The notes: generated from the sequence alone by a model not told the origin. A stretch of DNA of 63,785 nt, filler included, from Octopus bimaculoides (GCF_001194135.2; 9 parts of 9 records of this genome joined end to end with filler, not necessarily neighbours in it); one strand, 5' to 3'; numbered from the whole stretch's first letter, positions 35,777-50,165 are shown. Numbers and translations: made by a program.

Positions 35777-36680
35777 TAATAATGTTTTTGCTACAAAGGA
35801 TCAACGTGGTGTGATAAGTACAAAGGTGATATGCAAAAAAAAAAAAGAGAAAGAAAAACCAACAACAATGAGAATAACAAAAAACAGGGAAATTTTCCGT
35901 TAGTTAAAGGGCGAAGTCATCAATAAATGGTAACATGAACATATTGAAAATAATAATAAATAGCAATAAAAATAACAGTATAAAATAATATAGTATCAAA
36001 AAAATCTCTGTAAAATGTGAGTGAAAAGGGGCGTCAACTAAAATGTCTGATTCAGGGCAGCCACAGTCACAAGAAACAAACCCAGGTTACCCCTAAAGGT
36101 ACTTACACTCGGTTCTTGTCACCAGTCTACAGCTTTGTTTTCTGTGTAAGGCCTGTTTAGCTATGCCATTCCAACCACTCTCCTTCACATCCACGGAATT
36201 CAATGGAGAGCAGCTCATCCCTTTATGCTCACGCCTTCCCCATAACTGTCTCTAATCTAGGCATAAGACCAGCTATTTTGAGGGGAGACGTTAAGTCGAT
36301 GTCATCGAGGTCACTACTGAACCGGTACTTTATTTTTATTGGTTCCAGTATTTTATTTCAGCATCCCGAAAGGATGAAAGACAAAGTTGACTCTGGTGGA
36401 ATTTTAGCAGAGAGCGTAAACTGCAACTAATGACGAATCGGATTTTTTCCGGCGCTTTAACGATTCGGACTGTTGAACGTTCTTCACGTGATAATTGCTT
36501 TTGATTTTGGCACGAGGTCAACCGTTTTGAGAGATACTATAACTTGGTAGTGGGTGGGGGGAATAGTCAACAAAATTGACCTCAGTATTTAGCTGATACA
36601 TTTTTTGCAACTCCGGATGGATAAAAGGCAAAATCTCTCTCGTCGGGACCTGAAATCTGAACGTTAAGAACCATCAGAAT
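34981..36680 (-). mobile_element. Cluster of four minus-strand SINE family B copies (~34981-35170, 35302-35517, 36255-36480, 36495-36680) around an (AAT/GAT)n tract
   Basis: Each contains the reverse-complement core gaaaggatgaaaggcaaagtcgacctcggcggaatttgaactcagaacg or a decayed form. Confidence 0.8.
35520..35785. repeat. (AAT)n/(GAT)n compound microsatellite
   Basis: Direct reading; source of the poly-Ile ORFs. Confidence 0.97.
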
Positions 36681-36945
36681 CCAAACGAATGGTTTCTTTA
36701 AAAAAGTGTTTTTGAAGAAGGTCGCCCTCGCACGGCAGAACATAGCAATATTTTGGTGGAACTCGGAACTCGACATTAAGCAAATAAGCGAGTGAACCAT
36801 GCATTAAAATATTAATTCAAATTTCTTTTGAATACATACATACTTNNNNNNNNNNNNNNNNNNNNNNNNNNNNNNNNNNNNNNNNNNNNTTAATTAATTA
36901 ANNNNNNNNNNNNNNNNNNNNNNNNNNNNNNNNNNNNNNNNNNNN

Positions 36946-36979
<34 letters not shown>

Positions 36980-37255
36980 GTTGCTACCATACATACGCAC
37001 ACAAACACACGCAACCACACGCTACTACACAAACACGCACACACACAGTTACCACGCATGCACACACGCTACAACGCACACACACCACATACACACACGC
37101 GCGCGCAGACGCATACTGACCATTTTAGCACTCTTCTATTTCAGAAAGCATTTTTTCTTCATTCCTAATTACGGTTACTTATTTCAAAAATGTAACTGCA
37201 CGTGATTGTTGGTGATGTTTTTTCTCCTTCGTCTTGGACTTTCTTGATTCTTCCT

Positions 37256-37290
37256 GTTTCCGAAGAAGAGCCATGCTCGAAACGTAAAAC
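37256..37290 (+). ncRNA. Second-family minimal type I hammerhead with a U4C core substitution
   Basis: GTTT-CCGAAGA-A-GAGC-cat-GCTC-GAA-ACGT-A-AAAC: helix I gttt/aaac, helix II gagc/gctc, GUA triplet; lies in a pyrimidine-rich repeat shared with 43.35-43.5 kb. Confidence 0.6.
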
Positions 37291-38810
37291 TTCTGCTCTT
37301 TTCTTTCTCTGGGCGTCTTATTAATATATTGCTTGTGTCCAAACGTTTGTTTGCCTTTTACTTTTTCTCTGTATTTTTTTGAATTGACAATATATATCCT
37401 GAGCCGATGAAGATAAACTACCCAGAAACCATTGGTCCGCATGTACCGATTAAGGCAGTGTGGTGACATTAACTCCCTTGTTCGAGTTATAAGGATGCAG
37501 TTGTGCGTCGATGGCCACCTGGAAAAGATGTTTTCCTGGGGCTGAAACAAGGTAATAATACCGTCCTAATCCGGACTGCCACTTTACAATGGCAGATAGT
37601 CTTTACTCTGCAGTACTGTTACTACTTATTTCTCGCTCAGATATGTATATATTATATATATATGGATGTATGCATGTATATATGTGTGTGCATATATATN
37701 NNNNNNNNNNNNNNNNNNNNNNNNNNNNNNNNNNNNNNNNNNNNNNNNNNNNNNNNNNNNNNNNNNNNNNNNNNNNNNNNNNNNNNNNNNNNNNNNNNNN
37801 NNNNNNNNNNTATATGTATGTATGTATATATATATATATATTTACATACATACATTCATACATGCAACTATGTGTACATACATACCTTTTACACGTATTC
37901 ATGCAAATAGTCACAACAATTAATTTAATACTTTATATATGATTGACAGAATTAAATGTAGAATAGAAACATTCACATGACTTTGACATAACTTGATCTT
38001 GACCCCCACCGATTTCTTTTGGGACTATTACTTCAAATTGTTTCAAATTATTTCCCTTGTTCAATTTGGCTTTCAGTGCATTAATGAACATTGTATACTT
38101 CCTCCAATATCAATATATCTTTATTTCTCCTTCCTAAGATACCAAGTTGAAGTCTATTTAATACTGTTATGTGAATGAATGTTAAGAAGTTGCTAAATAA
38201 CAAGGAAATTATTTGGTTTAATTCTGATCGTAAACTCGTGGGATTTCTTTTTACAGAGAGTCTCATATCGTTATGAAAACACCAGACACATTTTATTATA
38301 AGAGTGATAACGTGAGGTGGTATGGCGTCCATACGTTTTAAATCTTTAAAAAAAAATTATCAGTTCTGTAAATGAAGTGAAACAAGTGTGATTTGGACCC
38401 ACTTTGTATATGATGTAGCAGTAGTGGTAGTGATAGTACAGCAGCAGCAGCAGTAGTAGTAATATTAATAGTAGTATGGGGGAATGTGCTGTTAACAGCG
38501 CGTCGTTGCTATTGAGGATTCCCTGCTTCTGATGTATGACACCTTTGCATCACTCAATATATGGATAAATAGGTGTGCAAGAGGTACATATTTAGGGAAA
38601 TATGTGTTCAATTAATCCAACATGGACACAAGGTGGCGGGCGCTAAAAAGTGGGCGCACTTCAACAGTCTGCTAAGTAGGGGTTCAGGGAGAACACTTTG
38701 GGTATACTCAAAAATTGGTTAAATTAAACTCACTTATTTTATTGAACCAGGAAGAAGGGAAAACAAAACCGAGTATGGTGCGATTTGAACTCAAAACTTA
38801 CTTAAATAAT

Positions 38811-39300
38811 GTTGGTTTCAAAATTATGGCACAAGGCTAGCAATTTCAGGGGACGGGGTAAGTCGATTACATCAACTCCAGTGCTCAACAGGTATTTATT
38901 TTATTGATCCCAAGAGGATGAAAAGCAAAGTCCACCTCGGCGGAATTTTGGACACAAAATACAAACACGGACGAAATGTCGCTAAGCATTTTGCTCCGCG
39001 TTGTAACCATTCTGTCAGTTCACCGCCTTAGTACAGAAATAATATTATATATGATGATGAAATTAAACCATCCACATTATTATAATTGCTGTTAAAGTGG
39101 TGAACTGGAAGAATCATGAGTAATGTTTAACAGCATTTCTTCCGGCTCTGCGTCCTGAGTTCAAATTCCGTTGAGCTTGACTTAGCCTTGCCTCCTTTCG
39201 AAATCAATAAGATAAAATAAGTACTAGTGGAGTACACGGCTCGATGTTATCGACTAACTTTTCTTTCCAACATTGCTGGCCTTCTGCCAAAATTTAAAAC
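38811..39300. mobile_element. Divergent pair of SINE family B copies (38811-39030 minus, 39094-39300 plus)
   Basis: Two oppositely oriented copies about 60 bp apart. Confidence 0.8.
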
Positions 39301-39539
39301 CGTCATTGCTGATGTTACTGTCGTTTAATCTCGGGTCGACGCTTTTAGAGTCGAGCCAGGATCAAATACGATCAAGCTGCGACTGACCCACTTTTTCTTT
39401 GAGACTACGTTATCTAATGTATCCTTCCTTTAAGGAAAGCAGAATTTGCTTAGTCCTTCTTTTTAAGACAGTAGGATTTGCTTTGAGTGAGAGATTTTGT
39501 TGCTATTTTTAGCAGGATGTCCACCGAGTGACCCCTTTA

Positions 39540-39581
<42 letters not shown>

Positions 39582-39906
39582 TTGACCTCCCGTCTTCTCC
39601 TGACAATAAAGAAGTGAGCCAAGGGTATATATTTACTTTTCACATGTGAAGCATCGACGATCGTGTTTTATAATCAAGACTCACTGACCTGTGAGCTTTT
39701 GTTGTAGTTTTTGTGTTGTAGTACTAATACACTACTTGTTTTTGTTTCAGTAATTTTAGTTGTATTCGTTGCTTTTGTCGTTGTTGGTTTCTTATAATAA
39801 TGTAATCACTGGTTATTTTTTTTTTGTAGTTGTAGTTGTGGCAACAGTAGTAATAGTAGTAGCAGCAGTGTTATAACTATAATTATTATTAGTATTAATA
39901 TAAAAG

Positions 39907-40098
39907 CGTTGGCCCGCCGGACAATATGCTTAGCGGCATTTCGTCCGTCTTTGCGTTCTGAGTTTAAATTCCGCCGAGGTCGACGTTGCATTTCAATTCT
40001 TTCAGGGTTGATAAATTTAGTACCAGTTGAGCACTGTAGTGTAATCGACTTAACCCCTCTCTCAAAACTGTTTGCCATGTACAAAAATGTGAAACCAT
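39907..40098 (+). mobile_element. SINE family B with (ATT)n tail
   Basis: Core ctgagtttaaattccgccgaggtcgac. Confidence 0.85.
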
Positions 40099-40111
40099 TA
40101 TTATAATTATA

Positions 40112-40195
<84 letters not shown>

Positions 40196-40201
40196 TGTAG
40201 T

Positions 40202-40233
<32 letters not shown>

Positions 40234-41031
40234 TAATAGTAGTAGTAGTAGTAGTCGTTGTAGTTGTAGTTCTTATAATAACTATTGTAGCTGTTACTGT
40301 CGTAGTGTTAGTTGTCATTGCAGTTATTATTGTTGTTGTTGTTGTTTCACCTCAGATCATCCCTGATGATGCTAACCTATGATGACCACCGCATCGTTTT
40401 GGCCAGGCATTATCCAAACATGTTCTTCCATTTTATTTGTTACCTGTCAAGACAGCTGGCTGCATTCGAAAGTGATTTAGCAGCTATTTCTAGAAGGTTG
40501 AGCGATCCCACAGAAGTTCCCTGGTCGGTTCGACTGAGCAAGAGCAGCCGCAACAGCAGCAGTAGTAGCAGCAGTAGCAGCAAACAGTGGTAGTAGTAGC
40601 AGTGGTAGTAGTAGTAGTAGTAGTAGTATTAGTAATAGTAGTAACGGTGGTGGTGGTAATTGTATTGGTAGAAGTAGTGGTGGTGGTGGTGGTGGTAGTG
40701 GTGGTAGTTGTAGTAGTAGTGGTGGTGGTAGTGGCGGTAGTAGTGGTAGTGGATTACTTCCTATTTGACTTAATATGTTTATCTACTTGACCCTGTCCCC
40801 TAAGTAAATACACACATTAAGTAGTAATAACCCCCATCTCGCCCCCCCCCAACCACAACTCCACACTCTCACACTAAAGCCACCCCCATTACCACTGCTA
40901 CACCACCATCACCACCACCACCCACCCGCTTTACAGACAATTGCAAATACCTCGGGTATATGAAAGGGATTTGAAGTCTTTATACGGACGAGACGTGTTA
41001 AACACGGGATTAAGTTGAACAACAAATACAG

Positions 41032-41062
<31 letters not shown>

Positions 41063-41544
41063 ATACACACACACACATACGCGCACATAAAATCACATAC
41101 ACACACGCGCGCGCAAGTACACTCATGTGCACAGACAGACACACCGTACACATACACATAACCGTACAAACACACGGACAGATGTAGGTGTCAATGAATT
41201 AGAAATAATTTATGATCTTCACCGCCATCACAGGCAATCTTTATAAAGGTGCTCGGTAGAGATCAGAGTGATAGGATAGTGGTGGTGGTAGTGGTGGTGA
41301 TGAAGATAGTAGTCGTAGTGGAAGTATTGAGGTGCGGTAGTGATGATGGTGGTAGTAGTAGTAGTGGTGGTGGTGGTGGTGGTGGTGGTGGTGGTGGTTT
41401 TAGGATACTTAATGGTGTAGTGACGGCGATAGAGTGGTGAGAGATTTATGAGTCTTAATCTCTCACTAACCAGCCAGCCAGCCAGCTAGCTGACCCACAC
41501 ATCCCATTGTTTCTACTCGATGCAAGACATTTATAAGTAATAAT

Positions 41545-41990
41545 TACTTCTAATTAAGGTGCAAGACCAGCAGTTTTGTGGGGAAGGATTTAGTCAGTTA
41601 CATTGGCTCCCAATAGTCAATTGGTACTTCATTTTATCGACGTTGGGGTGAATGAAAAGCAAAGGTCACCTCAGCGAGGTTCAATTTCAGAATGTAAAGG
41701 GCTTGAACCGCTACCGCAAAGCATTTTGTCTGATGCTGTCAAACTTCGCTGCCAACCCACCGCTTTCCCTAAGCATCAATCCTTTCCGTTATAGGCACAA
41801 TGTCTGCATTTTGTGGGGAGTGGGCTAGTTGATTATCGACCCCAGTATTTGACTTATTTTATCGACCTCAAAAGGATGAACGGCAAATGCAACTTCAGCA
41901 GAAATTGAACTCAGAATGTAAAGACGGGCGAAATACCGATAAGCATTTAACCCGGCGTGTTAACCATTCTGCCACCTCACCGCCTTAGGA
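41545..41990 (-). mobile_element. SINE family B tandem pair
   Basis: Two successive minus-strand copies (~41545-41765 and 41775-41990). Confidence 0.78.
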
Positions 41991-42114
41991 ATAATAACGG
42001 ACACGTATTTCGGTATATTTGAACTCATCAGAGAAACATAGTTCTACCGCGCACGCAGATCATAAATTTTTCCTTGCAGAAAAAAAATTAACAAATAATG
42101 TTTTGTCAGTATAT

Positions 42115-42450
42115 AGGCGCAGGGATGATCATGTGGTTCAGAAGTTCACTTAGCATCCACGTGGTTTCGGGTTCAGTACTACTGCTAGACACCATGGGCG
42201 TGCGCCTTCTACTACTGTTGCGCGTGTGTGTGCGTGCGCGCGCGTGCATCTACGTTTGTCATCCAGTTTCGCTGCTTGACAACCAGTATTGGATTTTAAA
42301 GTCCCCCGTAGCTTAGCGGTCGGCAAAAAGTAGCTGATAAAATAAGTATCAACCCAAAACATAAACATGGGGGTCAATTTGTTCGATTAAAATCCTTTAA
42401 AGCAGTACTCCTGCATGGCCGCAGTCCAATTTCTGAAACAAGTAAAAGAT
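42115..42450 (+). mobile_element. SINE family C, degenerate
   Basis: Head, ttgacaacc...gtcccccgtagcttagcggtcggcaaaa block, and ctgaaacaagtaaaag tail. Confidence 0.8.
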
Positions 42451-43285
42451 AACAGGTAAAGTGTAATTTGCATAATTAAAAGAAAAAATAACTGAAGTAG
42501 ACCGATGGTTTGACTGTGGATAAATTAAAGGAAGATTGTATGCAAAAAAAAAACAACAAAAAAAACAACAACAAAGAAACTTCTTTATGAATGGAAATTT
42601 CTCTTTCAGATGGAAAAAGAAAACAAAGCCTAGTGATTAATACTGACAGCTAACAGGAGAACCTTTATGCAGCGGTGGCTTAATCTAGTAGAAACAACAG
42701 CTAAATACTCCTCAAGTTACGTATACTCTATTCTCTTGTAAAGGGACCGTCAGATTAAATAATGTCATACTTCGTATGGTAAGTATAAAGAGAGGAGATG
42801 GTCACAAAGGAGATGGTCACAAAGGAGATGGAACGTACTTCTGCCCGTTCAGGGCTGTCCTGGAGTTAAACAACAACTACTTAGAACTAGAGCCAAGTAT
42901 AGAATCTCTACAAAGGACACATCTCATAATGTAACCCTGGTTACACTCTAAGTAAAATGATAGGATGGGCACGGATAGAACGTCTTTGATCACATGTCCA
43001 AGATGGCAAACATTAAAAGCGATAGATCTATAACCTGCCGTTCTACAGCATCCAAAACTCTAAGAGCAATAATATCGAAAATATCAAAAATAAGCTTCAA
43101 GTAAAAGTTCCCTGAGACTGACGGCATCTTGATTGCGAATTAAAATCAAGACTTCTTTAGGAAAGACATCAGTAGGTCAACTTTTCCCAATTCTACTTTC
43201 CCTGCATATTATAAAGACTTACTTATGTAAAAACAAACATATATATATAATAGATATATAGACCTATGTATATATAAGGGATATA

Positions 43286-43336
<51 letters not shown>

Positions 43337-43405
43337 ATGTATAAACCGCATGTGTGTCGTTGGCGATTTTCTTCCTCCGTCTTCCCTTCCTTTGGACTTT
43401 CCTCT

Positions 43406-43440
43406 GTTTCTGAAGAAGAGCTTAACCCAAAACGTTAAAT
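43406..43440 (+). ncRNA. Second-family hammerhead relic (5' core intact, 3' half decayed)
   Basis: gttt-ctgaaga-agagc-ttaa-ccc-aaaacgtt; flanks are similar to 37215-37300. Confidence 0.4.
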
Positions 43441-44269
43441 CCTCTTTCCTTCCTTTCCTGAGTGATTGATAATGCAGTAATTGTACCACGTCCTCGCATT
43501 ATTGTTTTTTCTTGTTTGTTTGGATTCACTATGTATGTATGTATGTATGTATGTATGTATGCATGTATGTGTGTATGTGTGTATGTGTGTATGCATGTAT
43601 GTATATATATATATATATATGTATGTATATATATATGTATGTATGTACACACACGCACACATAGTTTGATCATAGATTAGGAGTGACCGGAAGCAAAAAA
43701 AACATAGAAGATTGAATATCAATATCAAACACATCGACCAAGCCAAACTGATAAGAGTCTGAAATACCTATGGTCAGAACCCCAGACAGGATAGTAAACA
43801 AATTACGAAATTCAGTAACGATACCTTTTCCATGAGAATCATCATCATCACCTTAAAATCCACATCCCTGTTACCATCACTACAACTAGTCCTACAGTAA
43901 CTACTATTCCCTCCGCCATTGGCAGCACCACAACTGTAGCTAACACTTCTGCCGTCATAAATAACCACCACTGTTATCAGAAACACTAACATCGCCACAA
44001 ATACAAACACCATCGGCACCACCAACACCACTACTAATAACAGCAACAACAACAACGCTAATAACATCCGATAGCATTATAAAACATACAATATAATCAA
44101 GAAATAACACAAATAAAGTAACAAGAATGCAGTAAAGCGATGCAGCAATGCCACACCGTTTTGTTTGCTATTTCTTTCGCTGCAGATCGCCAAGTTGGAA
44201 ATTACAAATAGAAAAACAACGGGAACAAAAACAACAACGAATGGAGGATATAAAGTCAACAACTAGTCA

Positions 44270-44307
<38 letters not shown>

Positions 44308-44407
44308 NNNNNNNNNNNNNNNNNNNNNNNNNNNNNNNNNNNNNNNNNNNNTTAATTAATTAANNNNNNNNNNNNNNNNNNNNNNNNNNNNNNNNNNNNN
44401 NNNNNNN

Positions 44408-44443
<36 letters not shown>

Positions 44444-44644
44444 CACACACACAGATATCAGCACATGTAGTATGTATTAGTATATATACATACATATCAT
44501 ACATATATATATATATATTATGATTATTATTGTTGTTATTATTGTTATCATTATTATTATTATTAAATAAAGTATATACAATAATATAGACCTTATATAT
44601 ACAATATAAAATCACCTCTACATTTTTGTATGCAAGTTAATGAA

Positions 44645-44675
<31 letters not shown>

Positions 44676-45398
44676 GATATATATAGATATGTGTATGTGT
44701 GCGTATGTATACACACATATACATACATGCACACATTTATCAGTATATATATACATGTATATATAGATTACTGCCCCAAAAATTGGAGGTTCGGGACTTG
44801 ACTCGTGCTTAAATTTTATCAACTCCGAAAAGATAGCAAGGAAAGTTGACCCTAGCCAGATTTGAACTCAGATCGTAAAGACCCATTAGAAATACCACAA
44901 AACGATAATCTTTCTTTATTAGTAGACAACGTCATTAACCCCCACAGCTTTTTGTCTTTTTTCAGTCTAGCTTCTCTATCTATGTTTTAGGGAACAGGAC
45001 GTTGTGCGAGTCAACGACGTCATCTATCAATACCGAAAGATTGTTCACAAAGCATTGCTTTACGTTGTTCGATGCTCCACCGATTCGCCAGTAATTGAGT
45101 CGGCCCAGTAGTGTTGACTCGGTTGGATCCGAACTAGAGAATCGCATGATCTATCGCGACGCTCCTTGTTCAATGCTTTACGATTCTGACGATTTGCCGA
45201 TCCGCTGCCTTCAGCTCTAACATAGCCGAAGTCTAATATATCGTATCTTTAATACGTCATAACTTTAATACGTCATAACAATTGACATAACCGTAACTGT
45301 GTCCTAACTCTTAATATATTCTTTTTGTCATTACTCTATGTTTTAACTTCTTAAATAGTTAATACATCGTAACTATAACAACAAATTTTTATCCACAA

Positions 45399-45512
45399 AA
45401 GCACAAGTTCCAATGAGTTGGACATGTCGCAAGGATCACAGACAACAGGTCGAGCCGCGTAAGTTGTTAAGTGGTGGTATCCAAGAACTCAAAAGGGACC
45501 ACTAGGAAAACG
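45399..45512 (+). mobile_element. RTE-clade LINE C-terminal fragment, disabled
   Basis: KHKFQ*VGHVARITDNRS, frameshift, VVKWWYPRTQKGPLGKR; matches RTE-type WAGHVARxxDxRW..VxxWYPR..KRPxGRP. Confidence 0.65.
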
Positions 45513-46158
45513 CGAATATAGGAATACGACACAGTCACAAGAAATTCAAGTAATTTTCCAAATGGAAAGAGAAAGACGCAACCAAGGGAAGAATAACTGC
45601 GCATTGAAACCAACGATATAAAAGACGACTGATCATTAATATACCTTAAATCTGTAAGAGACTAAATCAGTTTACACCATTTGAAAGATCAAGGAAGTAA
45701 ATATATAATTTTACATGATCAGCCGAGGATCAAGGTAATGCGCTAGTTTCAATACCGGTTTGCAGTAAATATTCATTACTTGCTCAACACCACGCGCCAA
45801 GCATTCTTTAAAACCGGCACCTCAATTCTTTAGTTCATTTAAGGAACACAAATCACGGCCAGGGTGCAGCACCGCGCGGAGTATAATATATATAATATAA
45901 AATACAATATATATATATATATATATAATACTATATATATAATACTATAATATATATATAATATAATATATATAGTATATACATAATACATATAGTACAT
46001 TTATTATATACATAAAATGTATACTACCTATAATGTACACATATAAAATATATATATATATATACATACATATACATAATACATTTATACACACACACAT
46101 ATATAATATATATTATAAACACATACATATATATATAATATATATTTATAAATATATA

Positions 46159-46202
<44 letters not shown>

Positions 46203-46405
46203 GCATCAAAAACTGTACCTGTCAACTTGTTTTTTTTCTGTCATTTGTCAGAAAAAAAAGGGGAAATTGATGAAGGACATCACATCACTTACTTGCAAGC
46301 AGAACAAAAATGTCTGGCAAAATAAAGGGGTCATCGTCCTATTATGTGCAAATATATTACACATATAAAAATCTATATATAAACACTCACTCACATATAC
46401 ACACA

Positions 46406-46442
<37 letters not shown>

Positions 46443-46722
46443 TTCAAGTATGTACATATTTTTGTACTTACCTACTTAGATATATTTCCTTAAACATCAG
46501 ACATACACAATACAAAACATGCAAACACGCACATATACACACATAAAATAAACACACGCGTGATTGCGCGCGAGTGTGTTTGTGAATGAGAGTAGTTACC
46601 TATTGTATTGGTATATATATATTACATATATGTTGTATGTTTGTAAAAATAAAAAATATTAATTTTACTATATAGACTGCTGAACAAACCGGTTACTACT
46701 ACTACTACTAATAATAATAATA

Positions 46723-46763
<41 letters not shown>

Positions 46764-48153
46764 TAGTCCGGTACTTTATAAAATCAATTCAGTTTGGGCA
46801 TCAGCCTTTTACACACACACACACACATATATACACACACACATACATGTATACTTTATATTTTATCTTCCATATTAAAAACACAAAAATATTTAGCATA
46901 TGCATGGTAATTACGATATGTGCATGCGGGTGCGTGTGTCCAAATATGTGTGTGTGTGTGCGTTTTTGTACATGTATATATATACATATATATATGTTGC
47001 ACACACACACATATATATATATACATACATATGTGTGTGCGTGCGTGTTATTTTAGATATATAATGTAATATATATATATATATATACATGCAATATACA
47101 TACATATATATATACCTACACTATATACATATATTATACACACAAGTGTATCATTCCCGTGACTAAGGGGGATTCACTGGACAACACTGCCCTCTCCTCT
47201 ATATTCAATGGCGCACCCTCAGATTTACGGTGATCCACTTATTTCGAAATTCCACTTTCGCATTATTACAAGTCAGTGCCACAAAGAATACACTTCTAAC
47301 CTTTAGGCACCAACCTAAGTCTGTCGACAGGACTGATGTGTATATTGTATACATATATATGTAAATACACCACATATATATATACGCATACATACACCGC
47401 ATATATGTATATATATATGCGTATATATATGTATACATGTAACAACCACCCATTAACCGTACACGCGTATATCAGTAGAGGAAAAAGTGATGGTTTATGT
47501 ATTTATTTTTAATTCTCCCCCTTGCCCACCCGTTATTTTATATTTGTTTAGCAAGAGATGTTGCGTGAGGGGGTAAGATGCTCCTCTCGACCTAGTTAAA
47601 CCAAAAACCCATTATTATATTATTATTCCTCTTTCTACCCAACTAATCTACCCACATAGTAACTTACTTTGCTCTAAGGACCCATCATCATACATATCTA
47701 CCCGACAGAGGCTGCTGTTCGTTTTCACCAACAGAAGCACCACCTCCACCGCCAACACAAACTACCTTCTCTCATCTCAAACATCCGCCATAGTAACTCC
47801 ATTGAAAAAAAAAAATAGAAATAAATAAAAGGCTTATTTGAATGCTAGCTTGCGCAACAGACACACACACACGTACACAAACGAAGGAAAAAGCATGCAG
47901 GTTGATTTGACGATGCTGCACACACGCATAATGGCTGTCATATCTAGACCAGAAAAATAAAAAACACCTTATTGTTAGAAATCAAATATTTTTGATTTTC
48001 AAATTGATTCGTCCATAGATGTATATACATACATACATTTGTATAAAGAATTCAAAGTAGCTACAGCTACATTTCACTCACGCAAACATGGAATTAGTAG
48101 AGACGTGTGTTATGCAAATATATATAATGCAACCCGATACAATCTTATATTAG

Positions 48154-48229
<76 letters not shown>

Positions 48230-49192
48230 NNNNNNNNNNNNNNNNNNNNNNNNNNNNNNNNNNNNNNNNNNNNNNNNNNNNNNNNNNNNNNNNNNNNNNN
48301 NNNNNNNNNNNNNNNNNNNNNNNNNNNNNNNNNNNNNNNNNNNNNNNNNNNNNNNNNNNNNNNNNNNNNNNNNNNNNNNNNNNNNNNNNNNNNNNNNNNN
48401 NNNNNNNNNNNNNNNNNNNNNNNNNNNNNNNNNNNNNNNNNNNNNNNNNNNNNNNNNNNNNNNNNNNNNNNNNNNNNNNNNNNNNNNNNNNNNNNNNNNN
48501 NNNNNNNNNNNNNNNNNNNNNNNNNNNNNNNNNNNNNNNNNNNNNNNNNNNNNNNNNNNNNNNNNNNNNNNNNNNNNNNNNNNNNNNNNNNNNNNNNNNN
48601 NNNNNNNNNNNNNNNNNNNNNNNNNNNNNNNNNNNNNNNNNNNNNNNNNNNNNNNNNNNNNNNNNNNNNNNNNNNNNNNNNNNNNNNNNNNNNNNNNNNN
48701 NNNNNNNNNNNNNNNNNNNNNNNNNNNNNNNNNNNNNNNNNNNNTAAAGCTAACAAACAAAAAAAAAAAGAAAAGAAAAAACACATCTCCAACCGCCGTC
48801 TGTCTTCACAATAAAAAGTGTTATATGTAGAAAGCAATAGCTGTTGTTGTTGTTGTTCTAGTTATTAGAGAAGCTGCCTACTGAAGCATGTAACTGACTG
48901 TGTAAAAAAGGCAGGAGGTACGGTGTGTTACACAACAACAACAACAGCAACATCGTAGAGCAGTTCTTTGCACAACTGATGACTATTATAAAGCTAACAA
49001 GTTCTACTTTTCAGCATCCTTAACCTAGTTACTCACTCACTCATTCTCTCTTTCTACCCCCACCTTTCTCTCTCTCTCTCTCTCTCTCTCATTCATTCAT
49101 TCACGGTTAGAGGGGGGAGTGTGCGTGTGAGCGTTGACTGTGTCTGTGTATGCTTTGTATATAAAAAAGGCAAACAATAACAATAAATAACA

Positions 49193-49227
<35 letters not shown>

Positions 49228-49230
49228 TGA

Positions 49231-49425
49231 TCCTTTCCACTGGAATGGAAGCACAAGGCCTCAAATTTGGGGGAAGGGATTTATTTAAGTCGATTACATC
49301 GACCCCAGTACGCAACTGGTTATTTAATTTATATCTTTCGACCTCGAAAGAATGAAAAGGCAAAGTCAACCTCGGCGGAATTTGAACTCGGAACGTAAAA
49401 GACGGACGAAATGACGCAAAGCATT
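49231..49425 (-). mobile_element. SINE family B
   Basis: Well-preserved reverse-complement core. Confidence 0.88.
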
Positions 49426-50054
49426 TTTTACCATATTTTTGGAACGATGGTAATAAAATTAACAGAAGGAAAAACTACTTAATCTCTTAATGAACCAAAG
49501 AGAGAAAAAGTTACTTTTAATCCCTCATTGCCTCTAACCCAGCCCTTAAATGGGTTCCATGTCCTCCAATATATCCCTTGCCCCAGGTTCTTAAAAAACT
49601 TCGATCAGAATAAGAAAAAGAGAAAAACCCACCATTGCCACCGCCGCCATTACTGTTAGGGGAAAGGAAAATTAGTTTGAAAATTTCCATTAGCTTTTAT
49701 ATTTTAACCAAAGTTACTTTTTAATTAAAAATAAATGTTATTTAACCCCCTTCAATGAGTCACAATGTTCCAACGAAATAAAAGTTTTATTTTGAACTAT
49801 TATAGAATAATGGTTTTCAATCAGATCTGATCCGATCTCTGAAGAAGAAGCGAGAAATCTCAAGCCGATCCTCCTGTGTAGTAATCCTAGTTTTATCACG
49901 CGTTAACTTCACATAAAAAAAAAAAAGGTCTTCGTAGCCAGGAANNNNNNNNNNNNNNNNNNNNNNNNNNNNNNNNNNNNNNNNNNNNNNNNNNNNNNNN
50001 NNNNNNNNNNNNNNNNNNNNNNNNNNNNNNNNNNNNNNATACCGGTTTGCTTAC

Positions 50055-50165
50055 TCTCTTAAGTAGATGAGTTTTCTCCTCATCTGGATAGGACGACGAT
50101 CCGTTGCAGGTAATTTCCCCTTTCGCCAGAGAAGGAGAACTTTTCGATAAAACTGAAACACCCAT
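50055..50165 (-). CDS. Candidate coding exon, MGVSVLSKSSPSLAKGEITCNGSSSYPDEEKTHLLKR (37 codons), possibly the N-terminus of an endo-lysosomal membrane protein
   Basis: tttgctttattaag|ctca ATG...AAG AGA|gtaagc; open frame, non-repetitive, phase-0 GTAAG donor; contains the acidic dileucine-type motif EEKTHLL. No homologue recognised. Confidence 0.42.

Noticed and set aside
36107-36245. Minus-strand 139-nt open segment ending at GTAAGT (LWGRREHKG...VTRTE), phase-compatible with the 50055 donor
   Set aside because: The acceptor lies in a SINE tail with no polypyrimidine tract, the peptide is unrecognisable, and two scaffold joins intervene.
38625-38640. acacaaggtggcg CTCF-like motif (weaker ones near 21585 and 61300)
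   Set aside because: Two or more mismatches to the core consensus; expected by chance in 64 kb.
43774-44067. Hydrophobic 97-aa ORF resembling a signal peptide or TM protein
   Set aside because: It is the reverse strand of a decayed ACC/ATC/AAC trinucleotide tract.
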